DNA from: Dehalococcoidia bacterium UBA5760
GTDB lineage: Bacteria > Chloroflexota > Dehalococcoidia > Dehalococcoidales > UBA5760
DNA: 64,000 nucleotides
Direction of reading: 5' to 3'
Assembly (NCBI GenBank): GCA_002418895.1
Contig: DIFA01000019.1
Coordinates: 106,662-170,661, forward strand
Part shown: positions 39,508 to 48,170 of the stretch, piece after piece
How the letters are laid out: the number at the start of each line of letters is the position of its first letter
Numbering within the stretch: the first letter of the stretch is position 1
The notes under the pieces: generated by a model
The model's input: only the letters and a program-made list of their open reading frames with translations
Databases searched by the model: none
What the model was told of the DNA's origin: nothing
Translations under genes and position numbers: made by a program

Positions 39508-40221
39508 ATGGTAAGACGGAGTAAGAAGTATCAAGAAGCGGTTAAACTGCTGGACAGGCCGGAGACATATGCCCCCGGTGAAGCTATCGAACTGGCGAAG
39601 AAGATGGCCTACGCTCAATTCGATGAGAGCGTCGAACTTCACCTTAGAATGGGACTCGACCCTCGAAACGCCGCTCAGCAGGTACGAGGCGTTGCCCTGC
39701 TGCCTTACGGGCTGGGTAAACAGGTGCGCGTTCTTGTCTTTGCGCAGGGCGAAGCAGAAAGAATTGCCGAGGGAGCAGGGGCAGACTTTGTCGGCAGTGA
39801 TGACATTATTAAGAAGATAGAAGGCGGTTGGCTGGAATTCGACACCGCTATAGCTACCCCGGATATGATGGGCAGGGTGGGCAAGCTGGGAAAAATCCTG
39901 GGCCGCAGGGGCCTGATGCCCAACCCCAAGTCGGGGACGGTAGTAGCCGCCGAAGACCTGCCCCGGGTAATCGAGGACTCCCGTAAGGGTAGAGTCGAAT
40001 TCAAACTGGATAGAACGGCCATTATCCACGTTATCCTGGGCAAGATCAGTTTCGAGGCTGATAAGCTACTGGGAAACCTGACGGCAATAGTAGAGGCCGT
40101 GGTGAAAGCCAAGCCCAGCGGCGCCAAGGGCCAGTATATCAAGTCGGCTACACTGACCACAACTATGGGGCCCGGGATAAAGCTTGACCTTAGATCAACC
40201 ATTGATCTAGGTACCGGTTGA
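39508..40221 (+). CDS. rplA: 50S ribosomal protein L1
   Basis: Typical L1 sequence (FDESVELHLRMGLDPR...GKILGRRGLMPNPK). Confidence 0.95.
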   Translation: MVRRSKKYQEAVKLLDRPETYAPGEAIELAKKMAYAQFDESVELHLRMGLDPRNAAQQVRGVALLPYGLGKQVRVLVFAQGEAERIAEGAGADFVGSDDIIKKIEGGWLEFDTAIATPDMMGRVGKLGKILGRRGLMPNPKSGTVVAAEDLPRVIEDSRKGRVEFKLDRTAIIHVILGKISFEADKLLGNLTAIVEAVVKAKPSGAKGQYIKSATLTTTMGPGIKLDLRSTIDLGTG

Positions 40222-40339
40222 TTTTATTAGATAGTTAACAGATTAATAGTTTCCTGTGATAGTGGGTGCCGGCAAGGCTTAAATTTTACCGCCCGCCGAG
40301 GATAAAACAAAGACTCTGGACCAGCAGCGTTTTTGCTTT

Positions 40340-40373
40340 AGCCCTTGTGCGGCAGACACAAGGGCTTTTTGTT
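40340..40373 (+). terminator. Attenuator hairpin in the rplJ (L10) leader
   Basis: AGCCCTTGTG-CGGCAGA-CACAAGGGCT, a perfect 10-bp stem followed by TTTTGTT. It lies 38 nt upstream of rplJ, consistent with an L10-leader type autoregulatory region. Confidence 0.6.
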
Positions 40374-40410
40374 AAGATGCGACTGGTAATAGTGAGGAGG
40401 TTAATCAAGT

Positions 40411-40935
40411 ATGTCCAGGGAAAAGAAGGCTGAGCTAATCGATAGATTCGAAGACACTTTCTCGAGGTGCAGCGTCGGCATTTTGACTGACTACCGGGGT
40501 CTGTCGAACGCCGAAATAACCACCATCCGCCGCAGGTTAGGGAATTCAAGCATCGATTATAGAGTGGTGAAGAATACGTTAGCCCGGTTTGCCGCAGAGA
40601 GAGCGGGAAAGACCAACCTGGCCAGTTCCTTTGTCGGGCCGGTAGCTATTGCCTTAGGCTACGGTGATGTAACCGAGCCAGCCAAGCTTCTGACCGACTA
40701 TATCATCACTTCAAAATCGACGTTAACTATCAAGGGCGGATTCTTAGGAGACCGGGTGCTTACTCCGGAAGAAGTATCGACTCTGGCCCAGTTGCCATCA
40801 AGGGAGATACTACTGGCCAAGCTGCTCGGAGGGATGCAGGGTCCTATTGCCGGTTTAGTAAATTGTCTTAGCGCCCCTATAGCAGGGGTGATGAGAGTGT
40901 TACAGGCTAGAATTAAACAAATGGAGGGAGAATAA
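40411..40935 (+). CDS. rplJ: 50S ribosomal protein L10
   Basis: 174 aa with a typical L10 N-terminus ([27 protein letters not shown]). GAGGAGG RBS. Confidence 0.93.
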   Translation: MSREKKAELIDRFEDTFSRCSVGILTDYRGLSNAEITTIRRRLGNSSIDYRVVKNTLARFAAERAGKTNLASSFVGPVAIALGYGDVTEPAKLLTDYIITSKSTLTIKGGFLGDRVLTPEEVSTLAQLPSREILLAKLLGGMQGPIAGLVNCLSAPIAGVMRVLQARIKQMEGE

Positions 40936-40936
40936 G

Positions 40937-41455
40937 ATGGTAGAAGAACAGGAAGTCAAGATGGAACAGGGTGAGGTAGAGGAAAAAACAGTCAAAAAAG
41001 CAGCCAAGAAAGCGAAGGAAGAAGCGACTGTCAGCGGTCAGGGAACTGCGGCAGAGGCCAAGAAAGGGCAGAAAATGGCCGTTGAGGATATGATCGCAGC
41101 GATAAAGACTATGACGGTACTTGAGTTGTCGGAGATGGTCAAGACCCTTGAGACTGAGTTCGGCGTTAGCGCCGCCGCTCCGGTGGTCGCTGCCGCGGCA
41201 ACGACTGGAGCTACTGCTGCTGCTCCGGATGCCGAGGAAGAGAAAACTGAGTTCACCGTGGTCCTTAAGGATGCCGGGGCCAACCGGATTAATGTGATTA
41301 GGGCAGTGCGGGAATTGACTTCCCTGGGGCTGAAAGAATCCAAGGACCTGGTGGAGAGTGCTCCTAAGCCGGTGAAGGAAGGGGTCAGTAAGGAAGAGGC
41401 TGCTGCAGCTAAAGACAAGCTGGAAGCCGCCGGGGCTACCGTCGAGGTCACATAG
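40937..41455 (+). CDS. rplL: 50S ribosomal protein L7/L12. The long form is listed; the canonical-length form would start at ATG 41075.
   Basis: The canonical L12 sequence begins at [23 protein letters not shown] (codon 47). An in-frame 46-aa K/E/A-rich extension starts at ATG 40937, 6 nt after GGAGGGAG. Confidence 0.85.
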   Translation: MVEEQEVKMEQGEVEEKTVKKAAKKAKEEATVSGQGTAAEAKKGQKMAVEDMIAAIKTMTVLELSEMVKTLETEFGVSAAAPVVAAAATTGATAAAPDAEEEKTEFTVVLKDAGANRINVIRAVRELTSLGLKESKDLVESAPKPVKEGVSKEEAAAAKDKLEAAGATVEVT

Positions 41456-41537
41456 CGTTTACCCGACTTGCCAACAGCCTTTGACAGTGTATATAATCCC
41501 CAGTGATAGCTTTCACTGAAGGGAGACAGCTTATATT

Positions 41538-41795
41538 ATGCATTATCCCGATAGCTTGATACTGACGGTTATGGGGGGAGTGTTCGTCGCGGTCGGTGCC
41601 GGCGTCTTTTTTAAGGGCAAGATTGATGAGAAGAAGGAGTACAACGACCTCACCGACCGTACTGATATGAAGGAGTTCCTCGAGTATTCACCGGAGCAAT
41701 CAAGGGCAGGAGCATTCAAACTAGGGGGCAGAATAAGCATGATTGTCGGTCTGGTTATGCTCGGAATAGTCGGCGCCCTAAGGCTCTGGGGCTAG
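41538..41795 (+). CDS. Hypothetical small two-TM membrane protein
   Basis: 85-aa ORF after an AAGGGAG RBS. It has two hydrophobic helices flanking a charged loop. Confidence 0.5.
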   Translation: MHYPDSLILTVMGGVFVAVGAGVFFKGKIDEKKEYNDLTDRTDMKEFLEYSPEQSRAGAFKLGGRISMIVGLVMLGIVGALRLWG

Positions 41796-42055
41796 GGCCT
41801 CCTGCCGTACCTTAGTTTAGCAACCAGAAGCATAGCGACACAGCCTGTCCCGATAGCATTCCAGACAATTACCGGGGTTAGACTGAGGGAGAGACCGTAA
41901 ACCAGCCAGAGACTAAGGCCGGCAAGCAGCAAGATGGTAAAGGCCATGCTTATCTCATAGGCGCTCTTGAGCCGGAAGATACGAACAAGCTGTGGTATTG
42001 TGCTGGATGTCGCCAGCGCCCCGGCGATAAGACCGAGCAGTTCTACTGAACTCAA
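41792..42055 (-). CDS. SemiSWEET / PQ-loop family small transporter
   Basis: 87 aa, three TM segments, PQ motif (SSTIPQLVRIFRLKS). Confidence 0.7.
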   Translation of the reverse strand: MSSVELLGLIAGALATSSTIPQLVRIFRLKSAYEISMAFTILLLAGLSLWLVYGLSLSLTPVIVWNAIGTGCVAMLLVAKLRYGRRP

Positions 42056-42095
42056 CGATAGTCACCTTTCCCCGTCTTTATCTCCGGACCCGGGT

Positions 42096-43619
42096 TTATA
42101 ATACCACCCGCCTCGGCCGGTACTGGATAGCCTCAGCCAGGTGATGGGCCTTAATTATCCCTGTATTTTCCAGATCAGCGATGGAGCGGGCCAGTTTCAG
42201 GATGCGGTGGAAGGCGCGTGCGGAGAGGTAGAGCTGCTTCATAGCTGCCTTGAGCAGGCTACCTGCCGATTCTTCTGTCTGACAAAACTCTCTTACCTCG
42301 GTTGGCATCATTTCCGCATTACAGTTTAATCCGGTTCCCCGGAAACGCTCTTTCTGTATGGCACGAGCCGCCTTGACCCTTTCCCGTGCTTTAGTTGATT
42401 CCTCCCCCAGTCTGTCGTCGGCCAGTTTCTCGTAGTCAATATGGGGCACCTCGACGAAGATGTCAATACGGTCGATGAATGGACCGCTGACGCGCTTCTG
42501 ATAGCGGGAGACCACAGCAGGAGAACAGGTACAGGCCCGGAAGGGGTCGACGTAGAAGCCGCAAGGGCAGGGGTTCATCGCACCGACCAGCATAAAGTTA
42601 GCCGGAAAGGTCAAGCTGCCCTGGGCCCGACTGATAGTAACTACCTTGTCCTCAAGAGGCTGACGCAGCACCTCGAGAACAGAATGGCCGAATTCAGGGA
42701 GTTCATCAAGGAACAGAACCCCGCGATGGCTGAGGCTTATTTCCCCGGGTTTTGGCCAGTGCCCGCCGCCGACCAGACCGGCGTTGGAGATGGTGTAGTG
42801 AGGAGAACGGAAGGGACGCTGCCTAATCAAGGGAGTATCTGTCGGTAGTAGACCGCTGATGCTGTAGATCTTGGTAACCTCCAGTGACTCCTCAAAACTC
42901 ATTGGCGGCAGTATAGATGGTAGTGTACGTGCTAGTAATGTTTTACCACTACCCGGCGGCCCCACCATGATAAGGTTATGCCCTCCGGAGGCAGCTACCT
43001 CCAGGGCACGCTTGACATGCTCCTGTCCCTTAATGTAAGCCAGGTCAGTAGCAACGAGATGATCAGGAACAGATTCCAGGATACCACCGGCCTGGTATTC
43101 CGGTGGTGGTATCTCTCCCCTCAAATAACCGACCAGTTGTGCCAGCGAAGCAATGGGGATAATCTTTATCCCTTCTATCAAGGATGCCTCTTTAGCATCG
43201 GCTTCAGGGACAATAAGAGTGGTAAACCCTTTCTCGCGGGCAAGCGCAGCCATAGGCAAGACACCGTGGGTATGGCGCAGGCTACCGTCCAGCGATAACT
43301 CACCGAGGATAACGGTATGAAAAACGTCGGCCTGTATCTGTTCGGAGCTTAAAAGTATACCAACGGCAATGGGCAAATCATAGGATGGCCCGGCCTTTTT
43401 CAGATTAGCAGGGGCAAGGTTAACCACTATACGCCGGGCGGGAAAGCTGCAGCCGGAGTGACGTATGGCGGCGCGAACCCGCTCCCGGGCTTCCTGGACA
43501 GCAGCATCGGGCAGACCGACGATAGTAAATGAGGGCAGTCCGGGTGAGATATCCACCTCAACCTCGATAGCAGCTCCCTCCAGTCCCAAAACAGCACAGC
43601 TGATTACCTTGGCCAGCAT
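42096..43619 (-). CDS. comM: Mg-chelatase-like ATPase ComM/YifB
   Basis: N-terminal Lon-protease-like MLAKVISCAVLGLEGAAIEVEVD, AAA+ Walker A GPPGSGKT, and a C-terminal ChlI-like region. I placed the start at ATG 43619; the track ORF adds 30 upstream codons. Confidence 0.88.
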   Translation of the reverse strand: MLAKVISCAVLGLEGAAIEVEVDISPGLPSFTIVGLPDAAVQEARERVRAAIRHSGCSFPARRIVVNLAPANLKKAGPSYDLPIAVGILLSSEQIQADVFHTVILGELSLDGSLRHTHGVLPMAALAREKGFTTLIVPEADAKEASLIEGIKIIPIASLAQLVGYLRGEIPPPEYQAGGILESVPDHLVATDLAYIKGQEHVKRALEVAASGGHNLIMVGPPGSGKTLLARTLPSILPPMSFEESLEVTKIYSISGLLPTDTPLIRQRPFRSPHYTISNAGLVGGGHWPKPGEISLSHRGVLFLDELPEFGHSVLEVLRQPLEDKVVTISRAQGSLTFPANFMLVGAMNPCPCGFYVDPFRACTCSPAVVSRYQKRVSGPFIDRIDIFVEVPHIDYEKLADDRLGEESTKARERVKAARAIQKERFRGTGLNCNAEMMPTEVREFCQTEESAGSLLKAAMKQLYLSARAFHRILKLARSIADLENTGIIKAHHLAEAIQYRPRRVVL

Positions 43620-43696
43620 GACTTTACCTTTCCTCTTGTACGACACCCCATTGTAGCGTAAATGGATTCGGCACGCAAAGTATAGGGCCTGTCTTC

Positions 43697-43726
43697 TTGA
43701 CACAACCACGTCCTTTGCCCTATACT
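43697..43726 (+). promoter_or_regulatory. Putative sigma-70 promoter
   Basis: TTGACA, 18-nt spacer, TATACT. It lies about 70 nt upstream of the 43797 CDS. Confidence 0.5.
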
Positions 43727-43796
43727 ACTTTGCCTTGATGAACAATCGGCAGCTACGAAATACTACTATATTTTGATGAACTGCCGGAGATAATAA

Positions 43797-44147
43797 ATGA
43801 CCAGCATGAGCAATGAGACAGCCCCGGTAAAAAAACCCTGGGAACCAACTACGGCTGGCACCCTGAATATAATATCGGGTTGCTTTGGAATCGGGGGCGG
43901 GATTTATTTTGCCAAAATTGGTGAACTGGATTGGGACCTTCCTGCTCTGATTATTGCTATTGTCGGAGTGGTGGGCATCTCCAGGATAGCCCTGGGGGCA
44001 ATTGCTCTAATCGGAGGGATATTTGCCAGAAGGAGAAGGCTCTGGGAACTAGCGCTGGCCGGCTCTATCATAGCAATACTATGCGCACCCCCGTTAGGGA
44101 TACTATCCACAATATTTGTCTCAATAGGCAAGAAGGAATTCAAATAG
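43797..44147 (+). CDS. Small multi-pass membrane protein, paralogue of 5770..6084
   Basis: 116 aa. ALIGGIFARRRRLWELALAGSIIAIL..PPLGILSTIFVSIGKKEFK aligns with the C-terminal part of the 5770..6084 protein. Confidence 0.6.
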   Translation: MTSMSNETAPVKKPWEPTTAGTLNIISGCFGIGGGIYFAKIGELDWDLPALIIAIVGVVGISRIALGAIALIGGIFARRRRLWELALAGSIIAILCAPPLGILSTIFVSIGKKEFK

Positions 44148-44177
44148 ACTTTTTCCGGAGCAGCGGGTGACTTCATC

Positions 44178-44564
44178 CTATCTCAACATATGCTCCATAA
44201 TTATGTTGTGAGCCAGATGTGCTTTATCTCCACCCCGGAATTCAAAGGTCTTGGGCTCAAGCCCTATCGTCTGGATAGTAAGGGTATCGCTGACAAAGAA
44301 GCCGCTTCTAATGAAAAAACCCTTGTTGTCCTCACTAGCCACTGAAGCGATAAGAGCATAAGGAATGCTCACCAAGGCCTTCTTTTTCTTCATAAATGCT
44401 TTATCATAGAAGATTATTCTCTTATCAGTAAACCCGATAAAACCGCTACCGGAACCTTTCAAATCAAAGACAGCTCGAATGGTCTCATCCGGAAGGCATA
44501 TTCCCTCAATCTTCTCTAATTGATCCTTTTTGTCTACCATGATATCCGGGGCCAGCTGTACCAT
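44178..44564 (-). CDS. Bacterial PH-domain (YokE-like) protein
   Basis: The pattern GFIGFTDKRIIFYDKAF...ALVSIPYALIASV is typical of bacterial PH/GRAM-like domains. The start is ATG 44564. Confidence 0.5.
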   Translation of the reverse strand: MVQLAPDIMVDKKDQLEKIEGICLPDETIRAVFDLKGSGSGFIGFTDKRIIFYDKAFMKKKKALVSIPYALIASVASEDNKGFFIRSGFFVSDTLTIQTIGLEPKTFEFRGGDKAHLAHNIIMEHMLR

Positions 44565-44700
44565 TATGCAATCACCTCCAGTAAACATAAAAAGTGCCAA
44601 CTATGGCGGTATCGACACACCCCACGATTATACCACTTATTAATAACTTGTTGTGCTCCAGTTCTGATGCTACAATAAATCCAGGCAGGAAAATAATTAT

Positions 44701-47556
44701 ATGTCTCTTGACTCCATAATCGTCAGAGGTGCTCGTGAGCATAACCTGAAGGATATCAACGTCACTATACCGCGTGACAAGCTGGTGGTGATCACCGGCG
44801 TTTCCGGATCTGGGAAGAGCTCGCTGGCCTTCGACACTATCTATGCCGAGGGACAACGCCGTTACGTAGAATCCCTATCGGCTTATGCCCGCCAGTTTCT
44901 AGGGCTGATGGAAAAACCGGATGTTGACTACATTGAGGGCCTGAGCCCGGCAGTTTCCGTCGACCAGAAAGGGGTAAGTCGAAACCCGCGTTCTACAATG
45001 GGCACGATAACCGAAATATATGATTACCTACGGCTGCTTTTTGCCCGGGTCGGGCACCCCCATTGTCCCCAGTGTGGGCGGGAGATTACAGTACAGACGA
45101 TACAGCAGATTGTTGACGCCATCACCACACTCCCTGAAGACAGCCGCATCATGATTCTGGCGCCTCTGGTCAGGGATCGTAAGGGAGAATACCAGGCGGT
45201 GTTTGACGATTTACGTAAGACAGGCTACGTAAGGGTACGTATCGATGGTGACATTCATGACCTGTCCGAGCAATTACATCTGGACAAGAACAAGAAGCAC
45301 TCTATTGAGTCTGTGGTTGACCGGCTAGTAGTCGGCCAGAGCGGGAGTCAGGACCGCATTACCGATTCGGTAGAAACCGCTCTTAAGCTGGGGGCCGGGG
45401 TGATCCTGGTATCGATAGTTAATGGTGAGGAAATGCTCTTCTCAGAGCACTTTGCCTGTGTTCACTGCGGCATCAGTCTTGGTGAGATTGCGCCAAGGAC
45501 ATTCAGCTTCAACAGCCCCCACGGTGCCTGTCCGGAATGCAGCGGCCTGGGCTTCAAACAGGAGTTGGATCCCGCCCTTATTATTCCCAATAAGGATATC
45601 TCCATCGCCGACGGGGCTATCCATCCCTATCAGTCCGGGTTCTGGTATCTTGAGCAGCTTGATGACCTGGCCCGACGGCATGGTTTTTCTCTCAATAGCC
45701 CGGTTAGAAGTTTAACCAAGGATCATCTTGATCTGATACTGTATGGCGAGAAGGGTGATCTGGTAAGTTATCGCAACCGCTTCGGCCGGGTAAGGCAATA
45801 TTTCACCGGTTATGAGGGTATAATTCCGCGGCTGGAGCGGTTATATCGCGATACGGAGTCGGACAACTCCCGGGCATCGCTGGAACGCTATATGACGACC
45901 AGGGAGTGCCCCGTCTGTAATGGCAGGCGCCTCAAGCCGGAATCTCTGGCGGTAACTATCGGAGGCAAGAATATTATTGAGATCAGTTCGTTATCAGTAT
46001 CCCAGTCCCTCAATTGGGTAACCGCACTCAGAGAAGGTAAGCAGCCCATACTGAGCCAGCGTGAACAGATGATAGCCCACCAGATTATCAAAGAGATAAC
46101 GGCACGGCTGGGTTTTCTCGAAGACGTCGGTTTAGACTATCTCACATTAGACCGCCCCTCGGCCACCTTGAGTGGTGGGGAAGCGCAACGAATCCGCCTG
46201 GCTACCCAGATCGGTAGCGGACTGATGGGCGTACTCTACATCTGTGATGAGCCAACGGTAGGTCTACATCCCGCCGATGACTTCCGGCTGATTCAGACAC
46301 TGAAGAGACTAAGAGATCTGGGCAATACGGTACTGGTTGTAGAACATGATGAGGCCATGATGCGAGCTGCCGACCATATTATTGATATGGGGCCCGGGGC
46401 CGGAGAGCATGGCGGAAGGATTATTGCCAGCGGCACCCTGCACGATATCATAAAAGCGAAAGATTCGATAACCGGCCAGTATCTTAGCGGAAAGAAGCGA
46501 ATTCCCCTACCCGATCAACGCCGCCCCGGCTCCGGGGAAGAGTTGATGATAAAAGGGGCCAGGCAGAATAACCTGAAGAATGTTGATGTCCGTATCCCGC
46601 TGGGCAGGTTTATCTGTGTTACCGGCGTGTCGGGCAGCGGCAAGAGCACCCTCATTAATGAAGTCCTCTACCGGAACCTGGCGCAGGCGCTTTACCGATC
46701 CAGGGAGAGAGCCGGTGATTGTGACGGCGTCTTTGGTATGGAACATATCGATAAGGTAATCAATATCGACCAGTCGCCAATCGGACGCACTCCGCGCAGC
46801 AATCCGGCCACCTATACCGGTACCTTTACTCCTATCCGTGAGCTTTTCGCCACTGTCCCCGAGGCCCGCATGAGAGGCTATGCGCCGGGAAGGTTCTCAT
46901 TCAATGTTAAGGGCGGACGCTGCGAGTCATGCCGCGGGGATGGCTTTACCCAGATTGAGATGCAGTTTTTACCCGATGTTACCGTCCCCTGTGAAGTGTG
47001 CCAGGGCAAGCGTTATAACCGTGAAGCACTGGAGATTAGATTCAAGGGTAAGAATATCGCCGAGGTGCTCGATATGACCATTGAGCAAGCCCGCTCCTTT
47101 TTTGAACACTTCCCCAAGATAAAGAACAAGCTAAGCACCCTCTGCGATGTCGGTCTGGGCTATATGTGCCTGGGCCAGCCGGCGCCGACACTATCCGGCG
47201 GTGAAGCACAACGGGTAAAGTTATCCACCGAGCTGTCAAAGCGATCAACTGGGCGGACACTATATATTCTCGATGAACCAACTACCGGACTTGCCTTCGA
47301 CGATGTGGCGGCACTGCTAAGGGTACTGCAACGGCTGGTTGACGGAGGTAATACGGTGATTGTTATCGAGCACCACCTGGATGTAATAAAGAATGCCGAT
47401 TATATCATTGACCTCGGACCAGGGGCAGGCGACCACGGCGGCTACATAATCGCCAGTGGCACACCAGAGGAGGTTATACAGCAGGCATCATCAATAACCG
47501 GACAGTATCTGGTCAAGGCATTGACTAATGGTGTAGAATATAAACTGAAAGACTGA
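44701..47556 (+). CDS. uvrA: Excinuclease ABC subunit A
   Basis: 951 aa with two ABC modules ([18 protein letters not shown]) and zinc-finger Cys clusters. Confidence 0.95.
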   Translation: MSLDSIIVRGAREHNLKDINVTIPRDKLVVITGVSGSGKSSLAFDTIYAEGQRRYVESLSAYARQFLGLMEKPDVDYIEGLSPAVSVDQKGVSRNPRSTMGTITEIYDYLRLLFARVGHPHCPQCGREITVQTIQQIVDAITTLPEDSRIMILAPLVRDRKGEYQAVFDDLRKTGYVRVRIDGDIHDLSEQLHLDKNKKHSIESVVDRLVVGQSGSQDRITDSVETALKLGAGVILVSIVNGEEMLFSEHFACVHCGISLGEIAPRTFSFNSPHGACPECSGLGFKQELDPALIIPNKDISIADGAIHPYQSGFWYLEQLDDLARRHGFSLNSPVRSLTKDHLDLILYGEKGDLVSYRNRFGRVRQYFTGYEGIIPRLERLYRDTESDNSRASLERYMTTRECPVCNGRRLKPESLAVTIGGKNIIEISSLSVSQSLNWVTALREGKQPILSQREQMIAHQIIKEITARLGFLEDVGLDYLTLDRPSATLSGGEAQRIRLATQIGSGLMGVLYICDEPTVGLHPADDFRLIQTLKRLRDLGNTVLVVEHDEAMMRAADHIIDMGPGAGEHGGRIIASGTLHDIIKAKDSITGQYLSGKKRIPLPDQRRPGSGEELMIKGARQNNLKNVDVRIPLGRFICVTGVSGSGKSTLINEVLYRNLAQALYRSRERAGDCDGVFGMEHIDKVINIDQSPIGRTPRSNPATYTGTFTPIRELFATVPEARMRGYAPGRFSFNVKGGRCESCRGDGFTQIEMQFLPDVTVPCEVCQGKRYNREALEIRFKGKNIAEVLDMTIEQARSFFEHFPKIKNKLSTLCDVGLGYMCLGQPAPTLSGGEAQRVKLSTELSKRSTGRTLYILDEPTTGLAFDDVAALLRVLQRLVDGGNTVIVIEHHLDVIKNADYIIDLGPGAGDHGGYIIASGTPEEVIQQASSITGQYLVKALTNGVEYKLKD

Positions 47557-47610
47557 CTACTCCCGTCCGGCAGTACTTTCCGGTTGTTAGCGGCAAAACG
47601 GGGATGATAG

Positions 47611-48162
47611 GTGAATAGAAAAGAAGTACTCGAATCGATTAATGAGAACGTAGAGAACAAGAACCTGCTGAAACATATGCTGGCCACCGAGGCAATAATG
47701 CGGGCTCTGGCCAGGCGTCTTAGTGAGGATGAAGACGAGTGGGGGCTGACCGGGCTGTTGCATGATATCGACGTAGAGCTTACCGAGGGTGATGAGAACA
47801 GCCACAGTAAGCTGGGAGCCGACCTCGCCAGCGAACTGGGAGCCAGCAAGGAAATGGTACACGCCATCCTCTGTCATAATGCCGCGCATGGACTCCCCTG
47901 TGAGACAAAGCTGGATAAGGCCCTGTTCTGCGCTGACCCGCTGACCGGCCTCATTACAGCGTCGGCCCTGGTCCGGTCCGATAAAAAGCTAGCCGGGCTT
48001 GAAGCTAAATCAGTACTTAAGAGATTCAAGGAAAAGGCCTTCGCCGCCGGTGCCAACAGAGAACATATTGCATCATGCCAGGGGCTTGGTATTGAGATCG
48101 AAGAGTTTGTTTCCCTGGGGCTTAAGGCAATGCAGGACATCGCCGGTAACCTGGGCCTATAA
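47611..48162 (+). CDS. HD-superfamily phosphohydrolase (COG2316-like)
   Basis: 183 aa with KHMLATEAIMRALA...GLLHDIDVE HD motif. Confidence 0.7.
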   Translation: MNRKEVLESINENVENKNLLKHMLATEAIMRALARRLSEDEDEWGLTGLLHDIDVELTEGDENSHSKLGADLASELGASKEMVHAILCHNAAHGLPCETKLDKALFCADPLTGLITASALVRSDKKLAGLEAKSVLKRFKEKAFAAGANREHIASCQGLGIEIEEFVSLGLKAMQDIAGNLGL

Positions 48163-48170
48163 TACCGCCC

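Noticed and set aside
39169-40029. 286-aa ORF antisense to rplK/rplA.
   Set aside because: It lies entirely opposite two unambiguous ribosomal protein genes. It has no RBS, a low-complexity Ser/Pro/Arg-rich translation and no recognisable motif. It is a typical shadow ORF of a highly codon-biased gene.
41792-41795. Two convergent genes (small membrane protein and SemiSWEET) share the palindrome CTAG as overlapping stop codons.
   Set aside because: The observation is real, but it is a trivial consequence of tight gene packing. I infer no functional implication.
43620-43709. 30-codon N-terminal extension of comM in the ORF track.
   Set aside because: The ComM/YifB family N-terminus starts at MLAKVIS... 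(ATG 43619). The extension is basic, non-conserved-looking sequence.
44565-44700. Possible LexA/SOS box upstream of uvrA.
   Set aside because: A TTGTTG, 17-nt spacer, TACAAT promoter is visible. There is no GAAC-N4-GTTC or CTGT-N8-ACAG type palindrome in the region.
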